A DNA stretch of 63,917 bases, the filler included, from Pirum gemmata (Eukaryota), in assembly GCA_002812295.1 (NCBI GenBank). It is 14 parts of 14 records of this genome, joined end to end, with 100 filler letters (N's around TTAATTAATTAA, not from the genome) between each part and the next. Parts side by side here need not be neighbours in the genome. Positions count along the whole stretch, not along the records: positions 59,481 to 63,917 come from PDIN01001179.1; 13 more parts are not named here. The stretch is one strand, 5' to 3'. Below the pieces are notes generated by a model, which searched no databases, was not told the DNA's origin, and saw only the letters and a list, made by a program, of their open reading frames with translations. Both the position numbers and the translations under genes were made by a program. How positions within the stretch are numbered: the first letter of the stretch is position 1; every line of letters starts with the position of its first letter. This document shows, in pieces, positions 62,888 to 63,917 of this stretch.

Positions 62888-63503
62888 CTAATATAGGAGT
62901 TGTCCCTCCAGCAGCCAAGGTATGGAGGTGTTAACTTCTTCTTGTGCAGCTTTTATAAATGATTCTAAGAATTCATGTGTTGCTTTTATTTGAATTATCC
63001 TTATGACGGCCCCTTTAGGAGCACCATAACATATGAACACCCATTATTACCATATGCTGTAGTAACTGTAATCTATGTTTCTGATCTGGTAGTATATCCC
63101 TCAAACGTTTTCCACTATTTTCATTTGACAAATCGATTGTGACATAAGTACCAAATGATGCTTCTTTCAGTGAATGCTCTTTCTCGATTGTATTCGCTGT
63201 GCATCGATATCTTGTTTTCAATTCCAAAACGAATAGCAGGCGTCGTATAGAAGCACCAACTTCACCTGTTTCCTTTAGAACTCCTAAAGCTTCAACAGAT
63301 GCAGCCATCGCTGAAAACATCTGCAAGCAACAAAGGCCTATTTCTCTCAAGCTAGATATTTTTATGTTTCCCAATACCCGAAAACTATTTATTTTCTTAA
63401 CGAAAGAGGAACAAAGTAAAAGTTCATTGTCATGATCGGTTTGGAATACATCGCCTTCTTTTCTAGGTCATCCAGTAAGTAACGATTCGTAGAAACCAAA
63501 CCT
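62888..63503 (-). pseudogene. Disrupted YqaJ/lambda-exonuclease-like (PD-(D/E)xK) domain, probably of transposon or viral origin
   Basis: G*PRKEGDVFQTDHDNE...LREIGL...AASVEALG...VLELKTR...HRLQLLQHMVIMG follows the YqaJ motif order (G..E, E.GL, ASPDG, LEIK, YQ.Q.QM). In-frame TGA at 63468-63470 and a frameshift near 63030, after which ...AVIRIIQIKATHEFLESF continues. Confidence 0.6.
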
Positions 63504-63917
63504 CTGAAAGTGTATTATAATATTTATGTCGTAAACTGTAAAATGTGTCTTCAGTCAATCCATTTTTTAAAGGTCCACTATATTCTCTTTTTCATCTTCA
63601 TAGTAATACTTATTTTCACTATATTCTCTTTTTCATCTTCATACTTATTTTCACTATCACTATCACTATCACTACCACTACCACTATCACTATCACTATC
63701 ACTATAACTATCGCCATCACTATCCCTATTAATATAATATATATCGTTATTATATCAGTGTTGTTTTTCTCGTTATTGTTGTCGCTATCGATATTGGGCC
63801 TATTATTATTATATTATTATTATATTATTATTATTCTTATTATATATTATTATTATCATTATTATTATGAATATTAATTATTATTATTATTATTATTAAT
63901 AATTAATATTATTATTA

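Overview
Very AT-rich, microsatellite-rich eukaryotic DNA with GT-AG introns and TTAGGG/CCCTAA repeats. A unicellular opisthokont such as an ichthyosporean-like holozoan is a plausible but unproven source. The window is not one locus: it is 14 unrelated contigs of about 4.3-5.2 kb joined by artificial 100-bp spacers (44 N + TTAATTAATTAA + 44 N), so gene neighbourhood across spacers means nothing. Supported genes: (1) a 4-exon sugar-transfer-associated ATP-grasp ligase; (2) a Spondin_N terminal exon; (3) a 2-exon secreted, probably GPI-anchored EEP phosphoesterase with PAN-like, unrecognised Cys-repeat and TSP1 domains; (4) a spliced gene with two copies of an NPW..V.K...TY..AL module; (5) two secreted Cys-rich proteins; (6) a GH79 glycosidase; (7) a secreted repeat protein with a dibasic processing site; (8) a truncated DUF819 membrane protein; (9) an S/T-rich stalk exon. 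Mobile DNA: a decayed chromodomain-bearing Ty3/Gypsy element, a YqaJ-like exonuclease pseudogene, at least seven MITE-like families, a nested hAT-like insertion with an 8-bp target-site duplication (TSD), a tRNA-derived SINE, and a set of 20-40 bp palindromes. Interstitial telomeric arrays and TA-xxx-TA motifs are common. No confidently new multi-gene system is visible; the best leads are listed as findings.
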